DNA from: a virus
Reading direction: 5' to 3' (one strand)
Virus record (IMG/VR): IMGVR_UViG_3300045988_178965
Location: 1 to 64,000 of that record
Length of the DNA: 64,000 nucleotides
In this document: positions 51,201 through 59,096 of the stretch, one piece after another
Layout: each line of letters begins with the position of its first letter
Position numbering within the stretch: position 1 is the stretch's first letter
Notes under the pieces: generated by a model
What the model was told of the DNA's origin: nothing
Seen by the model: the letters and a program-made list of their open reading frames with translations, nothing else
Database searches by the model: none
Translations under genes and position numbers: made by a program

Positions 51201-52124
51201 CCAACATACTATCAATCAGTTCTTAATATGGAAGAAATTTCCAAATTGACAGCTAAAATCACAGAGCTAGAGAAAAAACTTGCATCTAACCAAAATGCAT
51301 CTCCAGCCGCACCTAGCACTGAGAATACCGGTACACCAGTACCTCCTGTTGCAAAACCAGAGGAAACACCAGGACAACCAGTAGCTCCAACACCAGGTGA
51401 AGGAAATCCTCCATCAGGTTCTGAGAGCCCTGCTCCAGTAAGACCAGAGCCAGCTGTACCTGCAGCTCCAACTCCAGCCACAGAAGAGCAAGGTGAACCT
51501 GTTGTAACGACTTTCGACTTTAGTTCTTTAGAGAGTACAGCAGAAACAGCAGAAGCTGGAAGTCTAAAACTGAAAAGCCTGAACTCTTCAATTAAAGCAG
51601 GAGATCCAGTTGACTGGGCCGGCGCAGTAAAAGAGTTTGATGGTCATAAATCTATGATCACAATGGCTTCTGACGGTAAAGGATTTAGATACTTAGAAAC
51701 AGAAGGATTTGCATCTGAGTCTGGTAAACCTAAAGCCGTAATCGTTCCATTTAGACAATCTAAAGGTGGTTCTAATGGTTCAGCATTCTCAATCATAGGA
51801 CTGAAAGATACAAATATCATCGCTCCTGCATTAATTACTACTAATGAAGAAAACGGATTTAAAGTCCGTCATTATCCAGACGTTAAGATTAATGGTAAAG
51901 GTATTGACCCTAGCAAAGTCTATGAATACGATAAATGGTATGTCATCACATTACCAGTTAAATCTGACGTAGAATTCAACAAATTTAGATTCGGTGCTAA
52001 CCAACATGCCAACACTATACGTCTAGTAGCAATTGGTTCAGGAATTGAATTTGTAGAAGGCAATATCTCCAAAGTTGAAGAAAGAGCTAAAGCACTTATG
52101 ACTAAATACGGAATTGAAGGGTAA
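48249..52124 (+). CDS. tail fibre/spike protein (1291 aa) with a parallel beta-helix-like central domain
   Basis: Contains an N-terminal coiled-coil with AATQ/AATE tetrapeptide repeats (nt ~48500-48560). The central region has beta-helix-like turns (GGAINCGLYG, IHDNVFGRGMRKVMDIHTGNNVRIINNKGE). It also has paired ..GSGYTTPPKVIVEGGG../..PPTIRFEGGGGSGAEATA.. motifs. A 70-aa Pro-rich linker (nt ~51290-51500) precedes a C-terminal globular domain. Codon usage is expression-adapted, like the sheath and tube genes. Confidence 0.65.
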   Translation: MTTPNLDAVTLLMAQKIAANKATQNTIKETLEKVKESQTESEKKAAEAIQTANTVSGKVAQTEQAINQIKQEAQATKEEVKVAATQAATEAATQAATQAATQTAERVVGEQVAQEVTRKTGEMAQDVATAKSTAQEALAKANEAKESIVQPKVDITVGDEGDIKVNDKNTGVKVVTPSTVETEVSKALGSENASEKILNKQIEQSSGGEKLKSPLRLALEANIFYIEDALTEELRKKVTSRYYEPLDKKAEGKEDAKQIVRLIQEWYDKLPSNCYISSRGGVFPFTKNKGYKPEYYGADNRSIRRNRNDPMTLVVHGQQPCVSFYKSIGNKFDFKLAKFVIEEAGQDAFHLCGDSVDNEIIHGGTIISRAYQEFSYKKGADLDKMLFPPIDGWTKENPHIGTGMGDKGTAEAGFNTTTQRHDLAGYMNNGYEAQDIEQPEGFNEEKIIQLLRDGASLRFRSAGGYFNAQGESAFPQDDGTTSRKWGTWRGGQHGSRAYGWRLFGTRNTVIRDFDVRGLTGGAINCGLYGTPSGEAVDARDSEAAFRAGIVATNTKITGGYFTHNYTCGIECIRASGFELTGIYAPDSVVGHPDAHLEHTRGIGGGTSLDPGYQQCTSRYLPMDNIFIHDNVFGRGMRKVMDIHTGNNVRIINNKGEAQYYGVSTVIEELFAGKLISDTPGSKDIPDPHSFYYQDSNIEVRGNTILSGQYGLHPINGARGVKFRRDGKKWWLRCHQVWADNVVYAPRGMQCNFGHNHYLIENNQFTFALPFGEFWGQRYISALTITNPGSGYTTPPKVIVEGGGPEAFGAKVTAQIKDGKVVNLKLDRMGSRFSEPPTIRFEGGGGSGAEATAFVNTATYGMLVGSEPHYGEMLGCVISKNWVQNSPEGNFARQILVGRLKGSSLAFNYTDVTPYTSVEKGRLPFGDPYVSNTMKYRDGIQSLGFYGGNLETCEVIGNYEYDQLKQSLTPWTGKNSNGSVHKGYVPTYYQSVLNMEEISKLTAKITELEKKLASNQNASPAAPSTENTGTPVPPVAKPEETPGQPVAPTPGEGNPPSGSESPAPVRPEPAVPAAPTPATEEQGEPVVTTFDFSSLESTAETAEAGSLKLKSLNSSIKAGDPVDWAGAVKEFDGHKSMITMASDGKGFRYLETEGFASESGKPKAVIVPFRQSKGGSNGSAFSIIGLKDTNIIAPALITTNEENGFKVRHYPDVKINGKGIDPSKVYEYDKWYVITLPVKSDVEFNKFRFGANQHANTIRLVAIGSGIEFVEGNISKVEERAKALMTKYGIEG

Positions 52125-52132
52125 GGACTAAA

Positions 52133-52330
52133 ATGGAAAAAGATCTATTACTTCAGCAAATAGAGGACCTGAAACGTCATTGCAGAAATCTTCAAGATAA
52201 TATCCACGAGATGCTGGCAAATGAAAACCAGGGCGGCGCAATGGCACTAATGGACGACCTCCAAGACGCAGAATTCCTCATTGATGTAAAGAAATCACAA
52301 GTAGAAGAATTAGAGTCTAAAGGACAATAG
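52133..52330 (+). CDS. small acidic coiled-coil protein
   Basis: 65-aa ORF preceded by TAAGGA. Lies downstream of the fibre gene, so it is a possible fibre chaperone by position only. Confidence 0.4.
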   Translation: MEKDLLLQQIEDLKRHCRNLQDNIHEMLANENQGGAMALMDDLQDAEFLIDVKKSQVEELESKGQ

Positions 52331-52333
52331 TCT

Positions 52334-52861
52334 ATGATAGAGACCATTACCATTACAGGTACTGGCGAATCTGTCTATGAAGTTCCCGCAAAAGCAAAAC
52401 GCGGGTCAGTTAAATCTACTAATGATAACTATCAACTACAAGAAATCGACGGTAGCCTGGACACAAATTCGGGCACTGTCCTTGTATTGATTACACCAGA
52501 ACTACCAGTAGGCTTTAAATTAGATTTGGAATACGAAGTTCCAGATAAAGAGGCATTACAAAAAGTAGAACGAGCAGTATTTGGTGAACAAATAAAATCA
52601 TCTTCACTAAAAGATATCATAGTTGTATTAACGAATATCATAGAAAGACAAGATAACTTAGAAAAACTCTTATATGATAAAGTCGGATATTCTGAACTTG
52701 ATGCAGCTGTGTATCCGGTAAAAGAATCTCTATCTTTAATCGTAGAAGATATTAAGTTACGTCAAAAGAAAAAGACTTCGGAGAAATCAAAAGATAACTC
52801 TGGAAGTTTTGACCTGTCACCTACAGTAGTTAAAAAAGTTGAGGATCTTCTCAGCAATTAG
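52334..52861 (+). CDS. hypothetical protein (last gene of the plus-strand block)
   Basis: 175-aa ORF, followed by a terminator. Confidence 0.45.
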   Translation: MIETITITGTGESVYEVPAKAKRGSVKSTNDNYQLQEIDGSLDTNSGTVLVLITPELPVGFKLDLEYEVPDKEALQKVERAVFGEQIKSSSLKDIIVVLTNIIERQDNLEKLLYDKVGYSELDAAVYPVKESLSLIVEDIKLRQKKKTSEKSKDNSGSFDLSPTVVKKVEDLLSN

Positions 52862-52870
52862 TCAAAACAA

Positions 52871-52909
52871 AACCCCGGCACCAATTAAGGTGTCGGGGTT
52901 ATTTTTATT
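52871..52909. terminator. bidirectional rho-independent terminator between convergent gene blocks
   Basis: AACCCCGGCACC-aattaa-GGTGTCGGGGTT, a 12-bp stem with one G-U. Followed by ATTTTTATT on the plus strand and preceded by the complement of TTGTTTTG for the minus strand. Confidence 0.75.
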
Positions 52910-53618
52910 GATACAAAGATTTATTATATGTATCAGTAGTAAAATATTTTAAAGGATCAACACGCCCAGCGAGACCTTTCCCTGGATGCTGAGTAGTTCT
53001 AACTTCAAAATGAAGATGAGAACCTCCAGCCATATCACGCATTGTCCTAGCATTACCAGAAGAACCGGTTAATGCAACAGCAGTTCCGGCTTTTACGCGC
53101 TGACCTTCTTTAACAAGAATGTCTTTAAGATGAGCGTAAACAGCAAATAAACCACTATCAAGTTTAATAATAAGCATTCTTCCATAACCATTGTCATCAG
53201 AAGATTTTACAAATGAAACAACGCCGTCATCAACAGCATAGCAACGGTAGTTATTTGGCACAGCAAGGTCTACACCTTGATGAGCTCTAGTTCCGCCATT
53301 GCGAACCATGCCAAAGCCAGCTGAACGAACAGATGCCAATTTAGCAGTTCTTAAAACATTCAGACCATGCTTTAGTGGTTGAAATTTAAAACCACCCGGT
53401 AAAGGCTTATAGCCGCTCACAGGAGCGTTTTTTACAGCAGGTGGAGCCTCAGTATTAACGGATGGAGAAACCTCTTCTACGATGCTTTTTTGAGCATCTA
53501 CAGAGGCCTCATTTACTTCTTCAAAAGAATCTTCTTCCAACTTGTATGGAATTTTAACTTCGGAGCTTTTATCGTTACCATGATGTAACAATCCTCCAAT
53601 AATATCAAAAATATTCAT
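52905..53618 (-). CDS. M23 (LytM-type) metallopeptidase, candidate endolysin
   Basis: Motifs HQGVDLAVP, YGRMLIIKLDSGLFAVYAHL, GQRVKAGTAVALTGSSGNA and GGSHLHFEV. The start is taken at the internal ATG (MNIFDII..) preceded by AGGAAA. The longer track ORF (to 53714) would overlap the upstream gene by 71 nt. Confidence 0.75.
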   Translation of the reverse strand: MNIFDIIGGLLHHGNDKSSEVKIPYKLEEDSFEEVNEASVDAQKSIVEEVSPSVNTEAPPAVKNAPVSGYKPLPGGFKFQPLKHGLNVLRTAKLASVRSAGFGMVRNGGTRAHQGVDLAVPNNYRCYAVDDGVVSFVKSSDDNGYGRMLIIKLDSGLFAVYAHLKDILVKEGQRVKAGTAVALTGSSGNARTMRDMAGGSHLHFEVRTTQHPGKGLAGRVDPLKYFTTDTYNKSLYQ

Positions 53619-53643
53619 AGACTTTTTCCTAATAATGTAGGGA

Positions 53644-54369
53644 CTAATCCCAAATGTGAAATTTACTAATAAATTCTGCAGCGAGCGGCAAAGCCTGGTC
53701 ATACATGCAGTCATCTATTCCATATGATACCACATCTGGCACATCATCGAAGCCTATGGTTTCCCGCCTCCATATTAGAGAGTCGTATACAGGACCTCTT
53801 CTAAGAAAATCTCTAAATTCATATTCTAAACAATCTGGAAATTGATTAATAAAGAATGTACTGAATTTAAATTTTGCGTCATGATTATATTTTGGCAAAG
53901 ACCAGGTCATGAATTTATTTAGGGCATTATTCCAAAGTGTCGGCCAATTCTCTTCAAGTATCGACCAGTATTTTGAATTTAATTTGAAATGTACCCTTAA
54001 TTCAAATCTAAAAAGAATATCATCTCTTATTAATTTGTAAGAGCCTTTCCATTCCTTTTTAAAGACCTTATCAAAGACAAGATATGATCTTGTTAATCTT
54101 GACATTATTCGATTCATCTTCCTAGTATTCTTGAGTCCCATCATTAGCTCTTCTTGGCTAAAATCGGACAACTCATTAACTAAAGAAGATTTGAAAATTA
54201 ATTCATCTCCAATGGACTTATCTAAACATTTTTCAATCCTAGATGCTCTAGCCTTATTGCGCTTTTGTCTTTTCTCTTTGAATTGACGCTGCGCCTTGTA
54301 ATATGCGGACCAATCGGTAACATATGGGATTTGTCCATCGTATCTATTATTGATAGCTACGTCGTTCAT
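53644..54369 (-). CDS. hypothetical protein (241 aa) with a basic N-terminal region
   Basis: ORF with an ATGA overlap to the upstream small gene. No motif recognised. Confidence 0.5.
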   Translation of the reverse strand: MNDVAINNRYDGQIPYVTDWSAYYKAQRQFKEKRQKRNKARASRIEKCLDKSIGDELIFKSSLVNELSDFSQEELMMGLKNTRKMNRIMSRLTRSYLVFDKVFKKEWKGSYKLIRDDILFRFELRVHFKLNSKYWSILEENWPTLWNNALNKFMTWSLPKYNHDAKFKFSTFFINQFPDCLEYEFRDFLRRGPVYDSLIWRRETIGFDDVPDVVSYGIDDCMYDQALPLAAEFISKFHIWD

Positions 54370-54548
54370 AACTTCATAAAGCTATATAACGATGCCATAG
54401 GATTTTTGCCATAATTGCGTTGAAAAGTTTTTTCTTTACGAGTAAGAGTATCCAATGCAAAGTTGACAATTCTTTTAGCCAAGATAAGCATACTTTGGAA
54501 TGCTAAGATTCCAATGAACTTAGAGAGTGACAACATAAATATTACCAA
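54366..54548 (-). CDS. small hydrophobic protein (possible membrane or holin-like protein)
   Basis: 60-aa ORF with a TTG start at 54548; an ATG start at 54536 is more plausible. One hydrophobic segment (FIGILAFQSMLILA). The stop overlaps the downstream start. Confidence 0.35.
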   Translation of the reverse strand: MVIFMLSLSKFIGILAFQSMLILAKRIVNFALDTLTRKEKTFQRNYGKNPMASLYSFMKL

Positions 54549-54570
54549 GGATTACTTTGCTTGTATCTTT

Positions 54571-54822
54571 CTACGCTAATTTTGAAAGGCGAATCCTATA
54601 ACCTTTTAAATTAGTTTGGGCTGATAAAACAGGCTCAATACGAAATTCATATCCGCAACATCTATCATAACCAGTTATGAAATTCATGTCTGCAGAATCA
54701 TTCCAGGCCAGTTTCAAATCCCATTCAAGAGGAGTACCACAAATATGGCAACAACTCAAAAGTGCCTCTTCTATTGTATCGAATACGGCACCATCTTCAG
54801 CATCTATATAAACAGTATTCAT
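54571..54822 (-). CDS. small Cys-rich (zinc-binding-like) protein
   Basis: 83 aa with CCHICG ... CCGYEF Cys pairs. Overlap-coupled to the dNMP kinase gene. Confidence 0.45.
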   Translation of the reverse strand: MNTVYIDAEDGAVFDTIEEALLSCCHICGTPLEWDLKLAWNDSADMNFITGYDRCCGYEFRIEPVLSAQTNLKGYRIRLSKLA

Positions 54823-55385
54823 AAAGATACCGCAGATTCAAAAACTTCTTTAAGAGAAACCAGATATCGAGAGGAGAAATCATTTTCCAAATCAATAACT
54901 CCATTAACGTTATCTTCAATTCCCCATTCTGACATATGCTCTAAGAATTTAGATTTTTTATGTTTATCACTAGAACTAATAATATTTATGACTAGTCCGC
55001 CATTATTAATAATATAATCGCGCTCATTATTAAATCTAATATCAGAGACAATGATAACATCGAAATCAGAATATCGTTCTGAAATTCTTTTGTCTAAAAT
55101 CTTAACCCATATATCTTCAGAGATCATGTGTCTACCCCAATCAGTACCGAGGCTCTGGAGAATTTCTCTTAAAGAAACTCCAAAACCGTCTATTGGGTCT
55201 TCTTTACTACCACGTCTATAAATATCATCAACATCAAAAATTGGTCTAACCATATCTCTAACAGCATCAGCAAAAGCAACCTTTGCAATTTTTAGGTTAG
55301 GATATTCTTGAATAATATGGTCGGCTGAAAAGTCTTTACCACTGTGGGCCTTTCCAGCGAAGCCCAATAAGAACGGTTTCTTCAT
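54819..55385 (-). CDS. deoxynucleoside monophosphate kinase (T4 gp1-like)
   Basis: P-loop GFAGKAHSGKDFSADHI. Motifs LREILQSLGTDWGR, IWV and VSDIRFNNE match the T4 gp1 pattern (SGKD ... LGTD ... W ... D.R..E) recalled from memory. Confidence 0.7.
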   Translation of the reverse strand: MKKPFLLGFAGKAHSGKDFSADHIIQEYPNLKIAKVAFADAVRDMVRPIFDVDDIYRRGSKEDPIDGFGVSLREILQSLGTDWGRHMISEDIWVKILDKRISERYSDFDVIIVSDIRFNNERDYIINNGGLVINIISSSDKHKKSKFLEHMSEWGIEDNVNGVIDLENDFSSRYLVSLKEVFESAVSL

Positions 55386-55417
55386 TTTTTATTATACCTT
55401 GTTCAACTTATTTATTC

Positions 55418-55609
55418 TTATCGAACTGGGTGTCCTTCTACAGCTACAATCTTGCAGAAGCCCCATGTGTCATCTACCTCTATATCTACATTAATAGTAG
55501 AAAAAGCAGAACGTATTGCATCTTGCTGCTCTTCATTGAACATAGCAGCACAATGATCCAAAGGAGGAATTTCTCCTTCTTCCATTTTAAATTTGCATCT
55601 TACTAGCAT
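55418..55609 (-). CDS. hypothetical small protein
   Basis: The track ORF runs to 55639. The ATG at 55609 is preceded by TAAGGG at a suitable spacing, so the shorter form is preferred. Confidence 0.4.
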   Translation of the reverse strand: MLVRCKFKMEEGEIPPLDHCAAMFNEEQQDAIRSAFSTINVDIEVDDTWGFCKIVAVEGHPVR

Positions 55610-55644
55610 GTTAACCCTTAGCAATATGTAGCTGTACAAACTAT

Positions 55645-55989
55645 TTATCGAACAATAGATCCTAAAATTTTAATAAGCATTGCTGCATCGCGCTTATGTT
55701 TATGAGCATCCAATTTTCGCTGATGTCTTTCTAAAACGGAGACATCATCCTCTTTATCGATAATGCTTGCCATAGTAATAGCGCCAATGAGCTTCAAGAA
55801 CTCTTCAAAGTCTTTTTGATCGCCATCCATATCCTCGCAATCAAACACTTTTGTTGGAACAACTTCTACAGGCTCGTCATCTTGGACTGCTCTTAAATAT
55901 CCAAGTCCGTTAACAGCTTTACTTCGTTCTGCGGCTTTATGAGCCGACATAATTTTGGCGATATCGCCAGGGGATACGTTTAAAATCAT
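55645..55989 (-). CDS. hypothetical protein
   Basis: 114-aa ORF immediately downstream of nrdA, with a 1-nt overlap. Confidence 0.45.
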   Translation of the reverse strand: MILNVSPGDIAKIMSAHKAAERSKAVNGLGYLRAVQDDEPVEVVPTKVFDCEDMDGDQKDFEEFLKLIGAITMASIIDKEDDVSVLERHQRKLDAHKHKRDAAMLIKILGSIVR

Positions 55990-58319
55990 TATAGTTTACA
56001 CGCTACACAATCGTCTTCATCGTCTGTGTTAGAATCATCCGGAATCTCAGTAATATTACCTTCCATAATATCAGAAGATTGACCATCATAGTTATTATTA
56101 TAATACATGGTTTTACCTCCTAATAGGTAATGCAGGTAAATATCCCAAGATACAACTGATGCGGGGACCTTGTTGTTAGGATAATTCTGTTTATTGTAAT
56201 ATGTATTAACAGAGATAGCCTGATCGGTATATCTCTGAATAACAGCATAAGTTTTAATTAATGCCTCATTTGAAGTATGATCCCAAATGCGGTCATATTT
56301 ATCTTTGAGTCGCGCCAATTCAGGCACTACAAATTTAGCTTGTCTATTCTTGCCGCCCTTAGAAATAATCAATTCTCGTATTGGTTCAATACCATTAGTA
56401 GTACCAGAACCGGAAATCTTAGCACTTGTTTCAGCAGGGAACATAGCAATCATAGATGCATTTCTAACACCATGTTTAGCAATTCTAGCACGGAGACTTG
56501 TCCAATCTAATTTCTCCTCATAATTAAATAAAGAGTTATACATAGGAGTAGTCATATCTTTTGGAAGTTTACCTTCCGCCCATAGCGTATCTTTGAATGC
56601 ATCACAGGCGCCACGTTCTTCAGCAAGATTAACTGAAGCACTAATAACTCCATAGGAGAAATGTTGCATCCATTCATCTAACAGTTCATAGCAATTGGAA
56701 TATTTTTTATCATTCTTAGCTAACCAATATGCAAGACCTGTAATACCAATGCCGATAGGTCTAAATAATCTGTTATGTTCCTCAGCAGCCGGGAAAGGAT
56801 GCTCTTGGAAATCTAGCAAATTATCAACAGCACGCATAGTTACATAAGCTACACGTTTCAAATCTTCGGGATTATCAAAAGCCCCAAAGTTAATACCACT
56901 CAAATTACATAAAGCAATCAATCCCTCTTGCTTGTATGTCTTACTTACAGGATCATAAGTTCGTGTAAGTCCTTGAGTTGGAAGAACAATTTCCTGGCAG
57001 AGGTTACTCTGCTTAATGGGATATTTGTCGGTATTATACATAGAATGGCGATTAATATTATCCGCAAACCCCACATATACTCGACCAGTACCAAATCTTT
57101 CTTCCACCAATAGGTCCATTAGGTGTCGTGCATTAATAGTGCCAACAGCCTCGCCTTTATTCATGGCTCTGGTGTAAGCATCATAAAAATGAGAATCAGA
57201 ACAGCTAGAATAAAAAGCATCATAAACCTCTTTAGAAATGTGTGGAGAGAACAAGCCAATATCTCTATTTTCTGCGGCGGCCTTAAGCATGAATCCGTTT
57301 AAAAATATAGAGTGATCAGAATGTTTCATTGATTCAGAATCCTTCTTCATATTGTTTTTATAAAGAAGTATTTCTTCAACATCTGGGTGCAGACCCCACC
57401 AGTTAAATGTTAGCGAGCCCTTCCGAATTGAGCCTTGACTGCATGACAATGCGCTATACTCAATAGATTTAGCGTGATAGAGAGCTCCACTATTTACAGC
57501 GGCACCATTTCTAATTGCCGCATTACGTTCTCTTAATTTAGATGAACCAATACCAAGGCCAGCTCCAAGTGTTGCATATTTACGGGCAGCAGTTGCTACC
57601 TCGCCAATAGAGTCGATAGAGTCATCAGATTCAATCAGAACACATGAACTAAAACTACGAGTAGGCTTTCTCAGATTTGCAATATGGGGAGTCGGTACAT
57701 TTACCCGTCCAAGAGACATATTGTCATAATGTTCTTTAACAAAACTTAGGCGATCAGTATAAGCATCGCCATCATCATTGATAAAATACATCATTGCTGC
57801 AACCATATACGAAATCTGTGGAGTTTCGTAATATTCTTTGGTTTTGGCATTCTTCGCTAAATATTTAGCCTCCCATTCGACAGCACCAGAGATAGAATAC
57901 ATCATATCTCTATTGTGATCGATTTGCTTATTCAGCCACTCTATTTCATCCTCAGAGTATTTTTCAAGAATAATCTTATCATACACTCCAAGTCTTGTAT
58001 TCTTCTTAATAACGGAAAGCAGATTCTTAGGCTCAAAATCGCCATAGACATATTTACGCATATTACAAAGAAGAATACGGCCAGCCACAATAGCATAATC
58101 AGGATGCTCTTCATCAATTAAATTATTAGCACTGGTTAACAATGCCCCATTAATTTCTTCAGTAGTTATCCCATCATAAAACATGATGTTGCTATTTACA
58201 GCAATTTCAGAAACAGAAACGTTATCCAACCCTGCACATACAAATCCCAGGAAAGAATTAATACGTTCAGGGTTGTAAGGAACAACATCACCATTTCTTT
58301 TGGTAACATTGAATCCCAT
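55989..58319 (-). CDS. nrdA: ribonucleotide reductase class Ia, alpha subunit
   Basis: N-terminal ATP-cone (VTKRNGDVVPYNPERI). Motifs FSSCVLIES, QSNLCQEIVLPT (catalytic Cys/Glu) and MFPAETSAKISGSGTTNGIEPI. C-terminal redox Cys pair CVACKL. Confidence 0.92.
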   Translation of the reverse strand: MGFNVTKRNGDVVPYNPERINSFLGFVCAGLDNVSVSEIAVNSNIMFYDGITTEEINGALLTSANNLIDEEHPDYAIVAGRILLCNMRKYVYGDFEPKNLLSVIKKNTRLGVYDKIILEKYSEDEIEWLNKQIDHNRDMMYSISGAVEWEAKYLAKNAKTKEYYETPQISYMVAAMMYFINDDGDAYTDRLSFVKEHYDNMSLGRVNVPTPHIANLRKPTRSFSSCVLIESDDSIDSIGEVATAARKYATLGAGLGIGSSKLRERNAAIRNGAAVNSGALYHAKSIEYSALSCSQGSIRKGSLTFNWWGLHPDVEEILLYKNNMKKDSESMKHSDHSIFLNGFMLKAAAENRDIGLFSPHISKEVYDAFYSSCSDSHFYDAYTRAMNKGEAVGTINARHLMDLLVEERFGTGRVYVGFADNINRHSMYNTDKYPIKQSNLCQEIVLPTQGLTRTYDPVSKTYKQEGLIALCNLSGINFGAFDNPEDLKRVAYVTMRAVDNLLDFQEHPFPAAEEHNRLFRPIGIGITGLAYWLAKNDKKYSNCYELLDEWMQHFSYGVISASVNLAEERGACDAFKDTLWAEGKLPKDMTTPMYNSLFNYEEKLDWTSLRARIAKHGVRNASMIAMFPAETSAKISGSGTTNGIEPIRELIISKGGKNRQAKFVVPELARLKDKYDRIWDHTSNEALIKTYAVIQRYTDQAISVNTYYNKQNYPNNKVPASVVSWDIYLHYLLGGKTMYYNNNYDGQSSDIMEGNITEIPDDSNTDDEDDCVACKL

Positions 58320-58320
58320 A

Positions 58321-58635
58321 TTATTCGCCTTCTTGATTTAAATATTTAACCAATTCAATAACTTTGGCTCGAAGATCTTTGAACTCTACATGCTCATAAG
58401 AGCCTGTATCATCACGGTCAATAAAGATTTGAGGGACAGAGCGCGGCTCTGGCTTACCCATATCTTCAAACCGCTTCTTCATTTCATCCATTTCAGCTTT
58501 ACCGGCATCAACATAAGTTTTTTCAAAATAGAATCGCTTATGCTTATCAATATATTTAGTGCCGAGATTTTCTAAGATGGATGTAGCCTGTACACATTGT
58601 GGACAGCTAGATTTGGAATAAATCAAAATTTTCAT
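58321..58635 (-). CDS. glutaredoxin/NrdH-like redoxin
   Basis: 104 aa with the active-site motif SCPQC near the N-terminus and a downstream VPQIFI motif. Located between nrdB and nrdA. Confidence 0.8.
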   Translation of the reverse strand: MKILIYSKSSCPQCVQATSILENLGTKYIDKHKRFYFEKTYVDAGKAEMDEMKKRFEDMGKPEPRSVPQIFIDRDDTGSYEHVEFKDLRAKVIELVKYLNQEGE

Positions 58636-59096
58636 TGACTTTTCTCCGTGCTATATTTGTTAAACGCGGATAGAATCTCTCCATAATTGGTTTGAGACTT
58701 ATCAATAATCCCACGTTCATAATCTGTCTTCTCTGCTTCTTGCGGAGCCACTTGCTCTTTTTCTTCACCATTCCAAGCTGTAACCCAAGGAATAGGATTC
58801 TTAGTAACAGATGGAATACCACATAGTTCTTCTAATGGCGGTAACCCATATTTCTTTAGTCTTGAGGTGGCCAAATAACACAAATACTCTTCAAGAATAG
58901 ACTGGTTAAATGCAAAGATTTCGCCTTCTTTGAAAAGATATTTACACCATTCAAGCTCTTCTGTTATAGCGTCACGCCATATTCCCTCCACTGCACGTTT
59001 AACCTCGTCTTCTTCAGAGACCATCAAAAAGTCAATATCGTCAACAGGTAAAATGCTTAGAAGATTATTTGTAATCGCCACATGAATGTTCTCATC
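58632..59096 (-). CDS. nrdB: ribonucleotide reductase beta subunit, exon 2
   Basis: The reading frame is open upstream of the track ORF's GTG and reads DENIHVAITNN.., which continues exon 1 (..ARIIKLINR|DENIH). Together these reconstitute the second iron-ligand motif R-D-E-x-x-H. The spliced and intein-free product would be about 378 aa, versus about 376 aa for E. coli NrdB. Confidence 0.85.
   Translation of the reverse strand, partial: DENIHVAITNNLLSILPVDDIDFLMVSEEDEVKRAVEGIWRDAITEELEWCKYLFKEGEIFAFNQSILEEYLCYLATSRLKKYGLPPLEELCGIPSVTKNPIPWVTAWNGEEKEQVAPQEAEKTDYERGIIDKSQTNYGEILSAFNKYSTEKSQ

Noticed and set aside
51212-51481. 89-aa antisense ORF opposite the Pro-rich linker of the fibre gene.
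   Set aside because: It is a Gly/Ala-rich mirror of a Pro-rich coding tract, i.e. a compositional artefact.
53619-53714. Longer N-terminal extension of the stand-alone M23 peptidase (MTACMTRLCRS...).
   Set aside because: It would overlap the upstream gene by 71 nt and lacks a ribosome-binding site. The internal ATG at 53618 has a good AGGAAA site.
56277-58121. Short plus-strand ORFs inside nrdA (56277-56510, 56287-56523, 56928-57113, 57915-58121).
   Set aside because: They are antisense to a confidently identified, motif-rich nrdA gene.
55989-58319. Possible intein or intron in nrdA as well.
   Set aside because: The 776-aa product is continuous. The expected motifs occur in the normal order and spacing for a class Ia alpha subunit, and no insertion is apparent.
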